DNA of 64,000 nucleotides from Camelus ferus (lineage: Eukaryota), in NCBI RefSeq assembly GCF_009834535.1, contig NC_045696.1:114330001-114394000 (forward strand), read 5' to 3'. The translations under genes and the position numbers were made by a program. Below the pieces are notes generated by a model. The model saw only the letters and a program-made list of their open reading frames with translations, did not search any database and had not been told where the DNA came from. Positions 50,470-63,922 of this stretch are shown here, in pieces. The stretch's first letter is position 1; each line of letters begins with the position of its first letter.

Positions 50470-51415
50470 ATTTGTAAAATTGTGGTAACATACACATACC
50501 GTTTTAGTCACTTTTATGTGTACACTTCTGTGGTAATAAGTGCATTTATATTGTGCAACCATTACCACCATAATCTCCTTTATCTTCCTAAACTGAAACT
50601 CTGTACCTATAAAATAATAATTTCCCATCCTCCTTTCTCTCAGCCCCTGGTGGTTACCATTCCACTTTCTGTCTCTATGAATTTGACTACTCTAAGTACC
50701 TTATATAAGCAGAATTACACAATATTTGTCCTTTAATGTCTGACATATTTCACTTAGCAGTAATGTATTCAACTTTCATTCACGTTGTGGCATGTGTCAA
50801 AATTTCATTCCTCTTTAAAGCTGAATAATATTCCATTGGAGGTATATACCATATTTTTTAATCCATTTATCCATCACTGGACATTTGGATTGCTTCTACC
50901 CTTCGGCCACCATAAATAAGACGGCTAGGAACATGGCTGTACAAATATCTCTTTGAGACTCTGTTTTCAATTACTTTGGAATATACATCTAGAAGTGTAA
51001 TTGCTGGATCATGTGCTAATTCTGTGTTTAATTTTTTGAGGATTTGTCATAATGTTTTCCACAGAAGCTGCACTGTTTTACATCTTTGTCAGAAAAGTAC
51101 GAGAGTTTTGATTTCTCCACATCCTTGCCAATACTTGTTATTCTCTCTCTCTCTCTGTCTCTCTCTGTGTATATGTGTTTAGCTATCCCAGTTAGCATGG
51201 TAGCTTTGATTTGCATTTCCCTAATGATTAGTGAGGTTGAGCATCTTTTTATTTAATTACTGATCGTTTGTTATCTTCTTTAGAGAAATGTGCATTCAAG
51301 TCGTTTGCCCATTTTAAAATTGGATTGTTTAACTTCTTGTTGTTAAGTTGTAGGAGTTCTTTATATATTTTGGATATTAATCCCTTATCAGATATATGAC
51401 ATGCAGATATGCTCT
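50470..51415 (-). mobile_element. Old L1 (L1MA/MB-like) 3' region
   Basis: tctgtctctatgaatttgactactctaagtacc..atttgcatttccctaatgattagtga..cccttatcagatatatg. Confidence 0.9.
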
Positions 51416-52137
51416 CATGATTCAAAAATTTTTACAGACCTAAAATAGAAATCTGTTGGGCAGAGCTATTTTCAAAAGAGATTACCTTAATATTATTTCA
51501 ACCAGTAAAAGTTATTTGGGAGCATGCTGTACATATATGATAAATCCTATGGCAGGAACCGTTGATTGATTGATTTACTTGTTCATTAACAATTTCTAAA
51601 CACATATCATAAATCCTAACAGTAAATGTCTGGTGATACAGAGATGGGGGACAGAGTTCCTGCCTTTAAAAACCTTATAGTGAGCAGGCAATCCAATCAT
51701 TATCCTGGAAAGATTAAGTGTTACATGTTTGTATAATGTTGGCTCCAACATACTTCTCAAGCCTGATCTTCCTCTTAATGTTTGCTTCCAGCCGCACTCT
51801 TATTGTTTCCTGGCCTCTGTACATCTCCTGTGCCTCAAATGTCCTCATTCTTCTCTCCCAACCTCTGTCCTCAACAGGTAATTCCTGATCATCTCTTGAG
51901 TTCTAGTTTTAAAGGTCATTTCTTCAGCAAGTCCTGTGCTGACCTTCTGATGCTTCTACAAGTTACAAGTTTTCCCAGCAGATCTTATGACCCTTGTTCT
52001 GACGTTCATCATGTTTGTTACTTCTTCAGTGTCTGTTTTCCCCACTTGATTCTGGATTCTCTAAGGTCAGGGAACTGGTTTACCATAGTGTTTGCCCCGC
52101 CTCATCTTATTCCATTTCAGAGCATACACAATGGCTT

Positions 52138-52565
52138 TGTGATGTATCAGTTTGGCTAGGTTGGACCACATTCCCTGTCTTGTGTATTTCTTGTTAAGGA
52201 GGGTGATTAAGGAAATTTTCTCTCCAGAGCTGGAGACTGGGAGGGAGGTTGCAGCTGTTTTGTATGCGGCGTACACACCTTGTTACTGCTGATTCCTGAC
52301 TTGCCTCCTCGGTGTGAAGCAGCCGCTGGGCCAGATGCGTGACTCAGCCTCCAAGAGTCCTGGCTCTTACAGGATTCTCTTGTCATCAAGGCCAGAGACA
52401 ACAAGAATGGACATGGGTTTCACTCTGTCCCTGTGGGATTCCAGCCTGCTATTCATCTTCCTTCCCTGCCCGCCTGCTGTGTGACTTCAAACTCCAGCTC
52501 AGACATGGTGAGAGCATATGTATGTACTGGTTCTGCTTCTCTGGTCGAGCCCTTATTGAGATAGA
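52138..52565 (+). mobile_element. ERVL-class LTR (LTR33/LTR41-like)
   Basis: Starts tgtgatgtatcagtttggctagg, ends ctggttctgcttctctggtcgagccc..gata. Confidence 0.65.
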
Positions 52566-52654
52566 CAAGATTTTTCTTTTCCTTCGTAGCTCGTATAAAC
52601 GGCATGTTTGTTTATCAACTTATTTGTTGGCTGCTTCTTCCACTAGAAGAAACA

Positions 52655-52990
52655 TAACATAGTGGTTAAAAGCACAAATTCAGGAGAAATGTGGTTATAG
52701 TTAACTCTGGTTCTTCCTTACTAGCTATGATTTATTTCCCTCATCCGTAAAATGGGAATATTCCTGATAAAGTTGTTATGAGGGTTAAAGGAAGAATTAT
52801 TTTCAGAGATCAATGCCTGGCACATAAGCAGCACATCTGAATTTGATAAATGCAAATATAATCAAAGTAATGGACCCTAAAGCTTTTCAGGAGAGCAGAG
52901 ATCTTTCCTCTTTTGTCAGCACCTGTGTCCCAGCACCCTGAAAAAGGCTTAGCACATAGGAGGTACTCCAGACTTCAATTGAATTCCTGG
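52655..52990 (+). mobile_element. MIR followed by an L2 3' end
   Basis: catagtggttaaaagca..cctcatccgtaaaatgggaat..tgcctggcacata; then ttagcacataggaggtactc. Confidence 0.7.
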
Positions 52991-54774
52991 ATAAAACAAT
53001 CTCAAGGACTAACAATGTTTAATGTATTGATTTTTTTTTTCTGTGTTTCTCAACTTTTTATCCATTCAGTATATCAGAGAAAAATACCGCACCCCTCTTA
53101 GTAATTGTAGGCCACTAGGGCAGTGATTCAACTTTGAGGTGGGTGATAATTCATAATCTCGGGATCCCAGTGAGTAAGGAAAGTAACGTTGGAGAATCTC
53201 CCCAGGTGTCACTGTGTACCTTCCCATGTGACTGTGACCTCCTCAAGGCTGGCTTCTTTGGGCCAAGGTCAAAGGTGTTAGACTTTTCCACAAAGAAGTA
53301 AGTATTGTAGAAATAATAACCTACTGATGAAAGGCAAAAGCATTCTCTTTAATACTCACTGGAATGCCCTATCAAAGTAAAGGTGATAAGGTAAAGACAC
53401 AGATGCCTATTTTATTTAATATTATTGTAAACAGCAAGTGATTTATTTACTCAATAATTTGTCTCCCTTAAAATCTTTCCTTGCCTTTTTTTTTTTTCTG
53501 AAAGCTTTCAGCTTTTCAAACTTTGTCTTAAGTTTGTTTCCTAACTACAAGACAAATCAATATGTGGATGTCTAAATTTCTCAAAATCAACAGGATTCAG
53601 TCAACTTGCCCTTCTGGTAGCCTCTTTTCATCCAAAGGCTCTTTTATTACTAATTAAGCATACTAAATCAATTATTTTCTGAAGCTGTTTTCCACACTTG
53701 TAATTGAGTTTTAAAATGACAGTCTTTACAATATCCACTAGGGAGAATCTAATTTCAGTTTCAATATTCCATCATAAGCCAAAATGTCATCTAAATAAAT
53801 AAAATCACTTGACCACAGTAAGTCACGCAAAATGTTTTCTCATTAACCTTTTAAAATTTGCTACCCATTTTATATCCAAGAATATATATGTCAGATTTTC
53901 CATTTGTAGTCTAGCACCATCTTTTACTTTTTTTTTTTTTTTTTTCTTATGGAGTAAAAATGAAGCTGCTCTCTGGAAACTTCCATTCCTGTTCTTAGCC
54001 ATTCCTGATTGGAAGGGGACTTTTGAGTACCTACACACACTACATCATCTCTCTGTACCTGGAGTCGTAGAGTGATCCTGACTGAATTCTAACGTAGTGA
54101 GAAATGTCTTTATTTCTAGTACTTAAATGATTTGGATTCAATTCTTGCTCATCTGTGTGCAGCAAACCTGTTTACCCTTACTTTTTAGTGTGTTTCTAGT
54201 CATGCTCTGCCGTGCTCTTCCTGGTCCCAGTGGATGTGTGCTCAGGGAAATAAATCTCACCTGGATATTTGCCTAAAGCAAAGACAAATAGGAAAATGAA
54301 CCCGCTTAACTAAAGCAAATATAAATTACTTTTGGATAATCTCTTGGTTTGTATTATAGATGGACTTCTTCCGCTCTATTAGCCCAGCTAATTAAATGCA
54401 TTCGCTTGAAGACCTTATTGGATCTTCTATTTCTCTTGTACAGCTTCTCAGTTCTATTCATTAGAAACTCAAGGAGACACATTTATCTTAGTTTTGTCTT
54501 CAAATGTTAGATTACTTATTTACTGGATACTTCAAGGGGAGAACGTTGGAGAGAGGCATCTCGGCCAAAAGAGTATGATTATTTAGACTTAAAAGAAAAT
54601 GTATCATTTATCTTTTCTTCATACAGAACAAATTCTAAGTAGTTTTCAGTGTCTTTCTAAGGGGCAAAATAGATGACTTCTCAGAGCTGCCAGGAATCGG
54701 TGAGGCTTCTGCAAAATCCACGAGTGTGAGCTGCCTCCCTTACAGGGAAGGTCGTCTTTTGAATCCCAAGCATC

Positions 54775-55228
54775 TTAGGTCAGGTTCCCCAAAGGCAGAT
54801 CCTGAGATGAGATTTTGTGTGCAAGTGATTTATTGTAGAAGTGTCTGAGGGAAAGTAGAAAAGGATAGGGGCTTGGGACAGAAAGAGGAAGATGCTGAGG
54901 AAAGGTGAAGTCTCAGGCAGAATTCCACAGAGGACAACTTTGCCTCCATCCTTGGGTGAAATGTTGGGGTACCAGCTCCACCTCAGAGTTGTCAGGAACC
55001 AAGGCAAAGGAGCTGGGCAAGGGGACGTGTTTGTGCACTGGCTGAAGTCCCATCCGGGTGGACATGCACTTCCAGCAGGCAAAGTGGCTCCAGTAGCCTG
55101 AGGGCAGGTCTCCTCTTCCAATGAGGTGCAGGTCTTGCTTGCTGAAAACCCCATATCTGGGATGGGGTGCACAAAAGTGATATAATAGAGACCTGAGGGG
55201 ACCTGAGTGGCACACTGATGTCCACTAC
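54775..55228 (-). mobile_element. ERVL LTR16-like
   Basis: cttaggtcaggttcccc..gcagatcctgagatgagatttt..gcaagtgatttatt; ends gatgtccactac. Confidence 0.75.
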
Positions 55229-57173
55229 TCCAAGATAACACAACTTGGACTTGAGGGGTGAGCTCCAATACATGGTCCCAACCAATTCTGGTTATCTCAG
55301 AGAAGTCCATCACAGAGGGATAGGAGAGGACAGAGACATCTCATTGGAATGCTCATATACTTTTCCTGGTCTTGGCTAATTTCGGTCTTGATTTGCACCT
55401 ACCAAACAAGGTGGGCCTGTGTCCATTGTCCTGTATCCCAGGGATGAGGTAAGTCGGTCCTGATCCCAGTCATATTTATGAACTTCTGCTTGCATGGAAT
55501 AAGCTCCTTTTTCTTCCCTATCAAGATGCCGAACTCCACAAAGGTTCTTGGAGAACAGGTGCCTATTCCCTAAATAAGGAGTTCCCAGGTTTATGGATGT
55601 TCCCACTCAAATCCATCAGGAGCTGGGGGCTGCATGGCGCTGACAGCTGAGCCTGGTTGGGTTGACTGTTCCCTACCTTAGATCAGAAGCGATCCTCGAA
55701 TTCCAGATGTCCTCCTATAGCCTGAGGTCAGGTACCTGGAGGAGTACCTGGAGGAGTTCTGCATTCTCCCCCTGGTGTGAACAGAGAGCAAGTTGATATC
55801 AGCTGGTATGAATAGTCCAGGATGGTGGCTAGCCTCTTGTCTAATTACTTCACATGTGTATGGTGCTCAGTGCCCATGGTGGACCAGTTGTTAAATATTT
55901 TGATTATCATGTCTGATCCAGAGTGACTCTTGACCTCTTTTGAGATTGAGCACTTTTACTGAATTATTCTTTTTAAAAAATTGCTATAATGTAGGAATAC
56001 TGTGCCTGCAATCAAAATAAAATAATGGTAGGACTTACCATTTCATACTTCGGCAAGAATTTGCTCAGGTTATAACAGCTTTACAGGGCAAAGTCAGTAC
56101 AGTGAAATAGCCCTGGGCGGCTGGGAATTGAATATTCTCACCAGGATTTTATGATGCATTTCAGTAACCAGAGCTTTTCTCTATCACGATCCCTCTCATT
56201 TTGGACTTATTATAAGCAAAAAATTAACACCTGTTCTGTTTGACTCATTATACGTATTTCTTGTGTTATAACAGCTAGTATTGTCCTAATAAATAAACAA
56301 TACTTTTTCTTCTCCTTTTGATGAGTCTTGAAAAGATTAATTCATGTCACCATCTGTTAAGTGTCCCTAAGTCTGCCAGCCAAGTTATGGAACATTGTTT
56401 ATCCAGAATGCGCAGATGACAAGCAAGAAGTTTTTGATTGGCTTCCTGTTCTTCTTTTTCTCTTAGCTACCAGAAACTCAGCATCTCAGTGGTGTGTGTC
56501 TGCCAAAATTCGAAAGTTTCTTTGAAGGAGTTGGCACAGCATACTGCACTATTTAGAATTTGATGTTTCCATGAGAAATCTGATGCCCCTTAATTCTGCC
56601 CTCTGTCCCAGCATAATGATTCTCTCCTCACATTGCAATCCCAGGCTTAGACCTTCAGAAGTCTTTAGCAATCAGCCACATTAGGCTACGTCCTCCTCTT
56701 TTTCTAGATAGGGGATCGGTCTCTTTAGACGTCAGTGTTTCGTATTGGAAGTTGACCGAACATGGAGCCCTTTTTGAGAATAGCATAGGTGGGATTAATG
56801 TTCTGTAGAAGTTGGCAAGTTCTGCTTTAAAATATTACAGTCCATTGGTGTATTCTCCAAAGAAATGATCTCTGAGTGTATGTTTATACCACTGGGTGGG
56901 CAGAACACACGATTTCAGCCAGACTCATTGGAAAAATGTCAAAAAGTAGTAATTAGGGCACAGAGTAGATGGCTGCTGTGCCAGAATTTTAAATTCTCCT
57001 AGATGAGAATTCTCTTGGCAGACCACGGAGGAGACCCTGCAGGTCTGAGTGCTGCAGCACCCTTATCGCTCTGTGTTCCGAATCTATTCTTTCTCATAAA
57101 AGTTGCTATTGCTCATTGGCTGGAAATTAATACAAGTACTCTGGGATATATTGATTAGAAAAAGGATTAGAAG

Positions 57174-57449
57174 GGGAGAGGGTATAGTGCAAGTAGTAGA
57201 GCATATGCCTAGCATGTATGAGGCCCTGGGTTCAATCCCCAGTATCTGCATTTTAAAAAAATAATAATATATAGTGGCTAACATTTGCAAATCTCAAACT
57301 CCCAAATTTATCCCTTCCCATTCCCTTTCCCCTGGTAACCAGAAGTGTTAGCCACTATATATAAAAATAGTTAAAAAATGTTTCTTCTGTATAGCACAGG
57401 GGACTATATTCTATCTTGTAATAATATTTAATGAACAAAAAAAAAAGAA
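57174..57449 (+). mobile_element. Composite: Vic-1-like SINE head + inverted L1 segment + L1 3' segment + A-tail
   Basis: Perfect 17-bp TSD agaaaaaggattagaag (57157-57173, 57450-57466); B box ggttcaatccc. Confidence 0.9.
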
Positions 57450-58629
57450 AGAAAAAGGATTAGAAGCTAAACCAGAGGTGGGCTGGGTGATCAGACCAAG
57501 TACCTCCGAACTGACTTTGTTGAAACTCCATCTGGTCATGGTCTTCTGTGTTGCCACGTGGAGGCAAATCAACCCAGTCTAAGTCTTCCGGTGGGACGTG
57601 TAAATGCAATGTCACAAAAGAGCAGGTAGCTCCCTGTACCTCATGGCGTGTTCCAGCAGGCTCTGCGCTGTCATTTCAGCCTAGAACCCAGCCAGACTGC
57701 AAGGATGAAAAGGTCACATCCGCAACTCACTCATGACAAGCTCCGTTTCTAAGGACCACGTGATCTTTTCTCATTGCATTCTTTAAAGAAAAACGGCTTG
57801 ATGAAAAAAACTCCCCCAATACAGCTTAGGTTTCCCCATGATCCACCAGCCCAAGAACAACGCTGAGCCATGGGAAGGAAGGAGAATGGGATTTCAACAA
57901 GATATAAGTGAGTCTACCTTTTGTTCCCTTGTGCCACTGTCAGAACTGTTTCTCAAAAGATGTGCGCTTATGAACAGTTCTTGACTGTTGACTACAACGA
58001 GGCATCCATTTTTCAATCCTGCATGGGTCCCCTGGAAAGAAAAATAACTTTTAGAAAGTTCTCTGATGCCTGCAGCCACACAAGGGATGTGAAGCAGCCC
58101 TTGAAACTTGACAACACCATCTCCTGATGGTGCTCAACCATCAGTGCCATTTCCTCTCCTCTTCCTGGGCTGGTCAAGGAGGAGCCTGTTCTCACCTGCC
58201 TTGAAATCTGCTCTGGATGCTCTTTCTCCAGAGAAATCTCCAAGTGAGAAACAGTGCCTCTCCTTCCTGTAGTCCTGACCTCAGTCACACAGACCACAAA
58301 GATGCACGGCCTTTGGGCCTCAAAATCTTAAACAGAATTTGTAAAAGAACACAGTATTTTCTCAAAGCTTTTCTGCTAGGACTCAAGCACGAAAGCAGAG
58401 GCTGGGCTGGGAGATCTTCCAAAGAACTGGCATCCTGCACTTTGTCTCTGATAGTAAATTTTCATTCCCTGCAATGTGGAGGGGTTTCTTTGGTGTCATA
58501 CCCGAGAGTCTGGATTCTCTTGACTCACTGAGACTGTGTTCTTAGAATAGGATCTTCATGCAAATGGTCACCTGTTGAGCTTTCCTCACTTCCATCCACA
58601 GATGCCAAACAAGACAGAATTTCACCCCA

Positions 58630-59190
58630 GAATCAGTTCCAAACTGGGACTTCCGTGACTCGGGGTTATTTGTGATAGACAACAGCATTTGCTCTAGCTG
58701 GTTTAACCCAAGAGGGATTTATTAAGGGTATCAGTTAGCCATGGTATGTTTCTCCAGCTTTCTAATAATCCTGTGAGGCAAGCTTCCAGGAACAGCTTCC
58801 AAAACAACGTCCCTGAGACAAGGGAGCCGCTGTGTCTGCCCCAACACCGTGTCTGCCGGAAATTGGGAACTCTCTCCCACTGTCAACGCCAGAATCTTTG
58901 GCTCTTTCTACTGATTTCAAAATCATATGCTGTGTCATCAAAATGTGTGTTTTGCCCTCAGTTTCCTTTCATAACTCACTTCTGAATCTTGGTCTCCCAT
59001 GAGTATCTCACTTGGGGAAAGTTGGCTCCGCGTCTGCACCATGAATGCGAGGAGTCTTGGGAAATGTAGTATTTTGGATACCAAAGTAAAGGAGGCAGGT
59101 TTTGGAATGTGGGTACTATCACAGTTTGGAGAGGGAGTTCAAATGCTATTAGATGACCACAAATCAAAGATGTCCACTGCAGACCACAAG
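58630..59190 (-). mobile_element. Old MaLR LTR (MLT1K/L-like)
   Basis: tctagctggtttaacccaagagggatttattaaggg..gtcttgggaaatgtagt. Confidence 0.6.
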
Positions 59191-59254
59191 TGATCCTATA
59201 TTATTTTGGAGAATTTGAGTAATAATTGTATAAATAAAAGTAAAAAATCATAGT

Positions 59255-59490
59255 GGTAGTTAGCATGTATTAAGCACTTATTTTGTGTTAGGCAACATGA
59301 ATACTTTATATACTTTATTTGGTTTTATACTCACAACAATATTAAGAATGTTTTAAAATTCATTTTAAAGGGTAGAGAACCAAAGCTCAAGGAGATTAAG
59401 AAAATCACCAAGGTCAAACGATTAGTAACTGCTGGATGCAGGCTTCAGAACTAGCTTTGCTAAATCACAGTGCCTATGTGTGCTGCCTCC
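59255..59490 (-). mobile_element. MIR SINE
   Basis: tattaagcacttattttgtgttaggca..ctcacaacaa..ccaaggtca. Confidence 0.65.
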
Positions 59491-60224
59491 TTAACTCATT
59501 CCTTTTTTTTTTAAGGCAGTATTTCTAAAAATTTGCTTAGAAGTTTCCTTAAAAAATAAGAACTCCAATAAAACATATGGTTTATTAGACCAAATCATTT
59601 GGCTCATTAAGACTGTGCTGAAAGACGTAAATGAATATCCTTTATGCTGTGTCTACATTTATCTCAAAACTTTTAATTAGATGAATTTGACTTTTTAGAA
59701 AAATGAACATTCAATGTTTTTTCTTGCAGAATGATCTGGCAGGCTCTTTTTTTTTTTCAGCCCCGGTTTTCCAAATAGTTCTTCCTCTTACCTATCTTCT
59801 ATGGTCTTCTGGACTATCGATGCTTTCCATTGGGTTTCATGAGGCAGCTTTACATTCTTCTGCTGTCACCCATTGAAATTCTCAATTAAGGGTATAGCAC
59901 ATTTTAATTCATTTTGCTTTGCTGTATTGCTTTCCTATACATGTGTTACATTGTTTGAAAAACACATTGTTTTGTCATTGTCACCTTCAGCCTGTATGCA
60001 ACCTTGGTAGATATTTCATTAATCTTTTTCAAAATTAGCATTTTCCATGTGCATCCAAGGGCAAAAAAAAAGAAAAGATTTTTAAAACCACCCAAGAATT
60101 CACCCCAAACTTCACTCTTTGAAAACTTAGCATCATGAAATTTGCCAATTTATCTTTTACTTTTTTAAATTATAGAGAGAAGTATTGGGGCTAAGAAAAT
60201 TTCTCTCCAACTCTATATATAATA

Positions 60225-60797
60225 TGTGGGAGGAATATTCACAAAATTTTATTCCTTTGCAGTACTTTTTATTCTTTGACAGTATGTTCATTGAGGTTAG
60301 AGTCTGTGTCCCCTCCCCTTGAGTCTGAGCAGGTTTGTGACGGCCTCAACCAGCTGAGTGTGGTGGACGAGACTAGGCAACTTCTGAGGCTGACTCATAC
60401 AAGGCCATGCAGCTTCTGCTCTGTTCTGTGGAGCACTTGCTCTGGAGGCCGTGAGCTTACGAGGGAGGGTAAGAAGTCTGACTACCCTGAAGCCGCCATA
60501 TTGTGAGGAAGCACAAGCCACCCGGAGAGGCCATGTACAGAGATGCTGTCTGTACATGGTTCACAGAGTTCATCAGCAACCCCGGCCCAGGCTCTGGGAT
60601 CCCATTCCCCATCCACTTGAGGCACCCTGAACTGTGCAGGACTTCTCAGCCGAGGCTCCAAACATCATGGGCCAGACTCAAGCCACCCTTGCTATGACCT
60701 GTCTGAATTCCTGAGACTCACAGAATCTGTGAGCATAGAGTCTGTGATGGGTTTTTAAAAAGTTATTTTGAAGTGGGTTAGTTAAGCTCCAGAACAA
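60225..60797 (+). mobile_element. MaLR LTR (MLT1F/G/H-like)
   Basis: gagtctgtgtcccctcccttgagtctg..aaggccatgcagcttc..ctgaattcctga..cacagaatctgtgagcata. Confidence 0.8.
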
Positions 60798-61829
60798 AAT
60801 TATAGAGATATTAAAATTTCTTAGGCTGAAGTAAAGGACCTGTGGAATTGTGGAAATTACTGCCCTGAAAACTGCTTACAGTATCTGGCAACCATGAGAC
60901 AAATGCGGCTAATGGTGACCTTAGGTGAGTTAATCATAACCTATGTGACCTGGGAGATGTATTCCAAATATTTAAAAGTGTTGATTGTTGGTACTAAACA
61001 TTCCCTGGAAATAAATTATGAAATAATTTCTATGAAATAAATTCTAAAAGACCTTTGAGGAGAAAGCACAACATTTAAAATTCCTCCCTGTGATCTGAAA
61101 AATTCTGCCTGGATAGTTTGAGGTATCTCTGAGGACCTTTCTTATCTAGTGGAACTTTTCACTTTGTTACTGACTCTTTGTTTCCATGTCAATAGGAGTA
61201 TTCTCTGTCAAATCTCTCTGTGAAATTTATTCACATCCAGAAGAATGACACTGTCTTGATTTACAGTGTCTGCTTAGAATTTAATATTTAGAAGAGTTCA
61301 GTGACATTTTCATAGTAAAATGACATGAGGCCAATAAAATGTTACAGAAGCAAGGAAGAGTTCAAACGCATTTCATTTCCATTGATGACACTAGTAGGTC
61401 ACACTGGAGGATGGGAAGCCAGTTAATTGAAATCAGGGAGAGGAAGAACTAGACAATATCTGAAGCAAAGCAAAACTGTAGATTCCTCTTGGGAAGCCAC
61501 AGCTCTTTCTTGCTTTCCTTCCCGCTTTGGGATTTCCTTCCCCTCCTTGGTATGACATAAAGTCTCTCTTCTCAGCTATTGAAGCAGAACATGTCATGGC
61601 TGAAAATCCACAAGGGGACCAACGATGGCCCTTTGACTGTATTTTTGCTCGATTTACCTAAGAGACCAAGGCGTATTTTGAAAATGGAGGAGAAGGGGCA
61701 TGGGATGGTGTCAGTGATCTGATGGAGGAAACATGAGTTGGACCGAATATGCCACCTTGCTTCAGAAACTTTAGTTGTGTTGCAACATCTCTTGAATTTT
61801 GTGTTTTAGTTTTCTGAGAGTATTTTAAC

Positions 61830-61992
61830 TCAGTGCTTCTCCAAGTTTTATGTGCATAGCAGTCACCTTTGGATCATGTTAAAATGCGGATTCTGACTCA
61901 ATAGGTTGGGGCCTTAGTTCAGTGGAGCCTAAGATTCTGCATTTCTAAGGAATCCAAGTTGATGCCCAGGACCACACATAGGGTAGCAACAG
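61830..61992. mobile_element. MER5A-like MITE
   Basis: cagtgcttctcc..tgttaaaatgcggattctgactcaatagg..attctgcatttctaa..ggaccacac. Confidence 0.8.
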
Positions 61993-63109
61993 TCTCAGTG
62001 ACTGGTAGCCGAAAATGCCAGACCGATGCTGTAGCCTTTCGTAAAAGCAATTGGATTGCAGTGTAAATGCAAAACCTACACATAGTGCTTAAATTAATCA
62101 AATCAAGGAGTACTGAAACTTAGTAATTACGGTCCTGAAGTGCCTCTGCAACTTTCTTGTAAGGGACCCACTTCTGAAAGTGACATTTCTCCTGAAAATG
62201 TGGGTGTTACAGCTCAAGTGGATACCAATGATTTTATCTTATACAAAAATTCAAGGCAGTAGCTCCACGCAGACACAGACTCAAAGTTTGAAGGCAACTA
62301 TTTCCTTTTGCTGTGTACCTCAGAATCAAGATACGTATTTCCCAGGCAATTTAAAAAATTATGCTTCTTCCTAATTAATTATATTTTGGAAGTGAAGTCA
62401 CTGATTTAAAATTTCAGTGCAGACATAGTTTTAACACTTTATTTTCAAAGAGAATTTTAGGTAGCAGACATAATTCTTGGATGGATTATCAAGGAAATAG
62501 TCACGCAATAGAATCTTCCGATATAGTAAAATTATTAGCATGTATAAAGGTTTGTAGATCACAGAGACAGGGTTCTGAACCAGGGTGATCTTTTTTCTCC
62601 CTAAAGGAAGATGAGCTGTAGCTTGCCAGTTTTGATTGATATCTATGAATGAGTAACATTTGAAAAATAGTTGTATTTCATAAAGGCTTATTTTTTCCTG
62701 AAATACAGTGAATAAAGAGATGTGAAATATGATTTTGGTAATCTGACTTGCAGAAAATGTAATATGAATGATAGTGAAATAGTGTTTTATTTTCACTGTT
62801 TTTCACAAATCTACTCAGACATCGACTCTAACTTGTCTATAATCTTTCAAATAGGAGGTCTGAGGAGACTGGCTGAAAAAATCCAACGTCTGAAATGTCT
62901 GGGGTGTTGAGCAACCAATGAGTCCCACAGCCAACCTGCTTTCTGAAACAATCTCGTGTAGTTAAGCAAGTCTCTAATTAGTCATTACAGATGCTTTTGA
63001 TGTCTTTGAACTCTCTTTCAGAGACACAGTTACAGCCCATTAATAATGTACCTGTAGATGGAAATATTTTGGATAGTTATCTGTGTCATGTGACGAGCTG
63101 GGGAAAGGG

Positions 63110-63330
63110 ACAAACTGGTTTAAGAACTGATGCTGCGTTACCTCTCCAGCTGTGACTTGAAAGTTATCTCACACTTAATTACAGAAAAGAGAAGGGAAGT
63201 CATAGCACTCACCCGAGGTGGCTGCACAGGTTGCCGAAGGCCACAGAATCACCCCAGTGGGTATCTGCCCTGACATCCCTGCAGCGGGGAGCAGGGGGAT
63301 GAAGGAGATAATGTGTGTAAAGGGCTTTGA
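63110..63330 (+). mobile_element. MIR-like fragments
   Basis: tggtttaagaac..cagctgtgacttg..gagataatgtgtgtaaagggcttt. Confidence 0.45.
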
Positions 63331-63922
63331 TCTCTTTATATTATTGTTATGACTTTTCCTCTAACCTATGATTTTTTCCACATTATGCAAGCTTGCCAAT
63401 TACCCACCTGTGTCCTGTTCATGCCACCATGATTTTATTTCTCATTTTTAAAGTTTATGCCTCTAATTGAGAGACACTGATGTTTTCCCAGATTCATCCT
63501 GGCAGATTAATACCCAACAAGAGAGTCCTGCTGTCAATGGGCATTTGAATTATGTGTTTAAAATTGCCTTTGATGACAAGGATGCCAAATTACACACTTC
63601 GCTAAAACTGTTTTGTGCTTCTTTGCTAGCGATGTGATTGAAAACTGCAGATGTTTGATATCATCTTTTACTGCATCTGTTTGGTAAGTGAAATCTTAAA
63701 TACATTCTACCTCTTTGAAATTCATCTTCTGATGCCATTTAGAGAACATTAAAGGAAAATTAAAAAATAAAAGACTTAGTATCTCTGAAATTTAGCTTCC
63801 AGAAAAGTCAACTTTTCAAGTCAGAATCTGTTTTTCTGAGTAATTCTTAAGATTGCAGAGCCTTCTGATGGTGTAGCCAGAGCAGATGAGAGTTGAGCCT
63901 TAAGGGGCATGAGTGGGGAGCA

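Noticed and set aside
54780..55313. 177-aa ORF and overlapping ORFs
   Set aside because: Lie almost entirely in an LTR16-like repeat.
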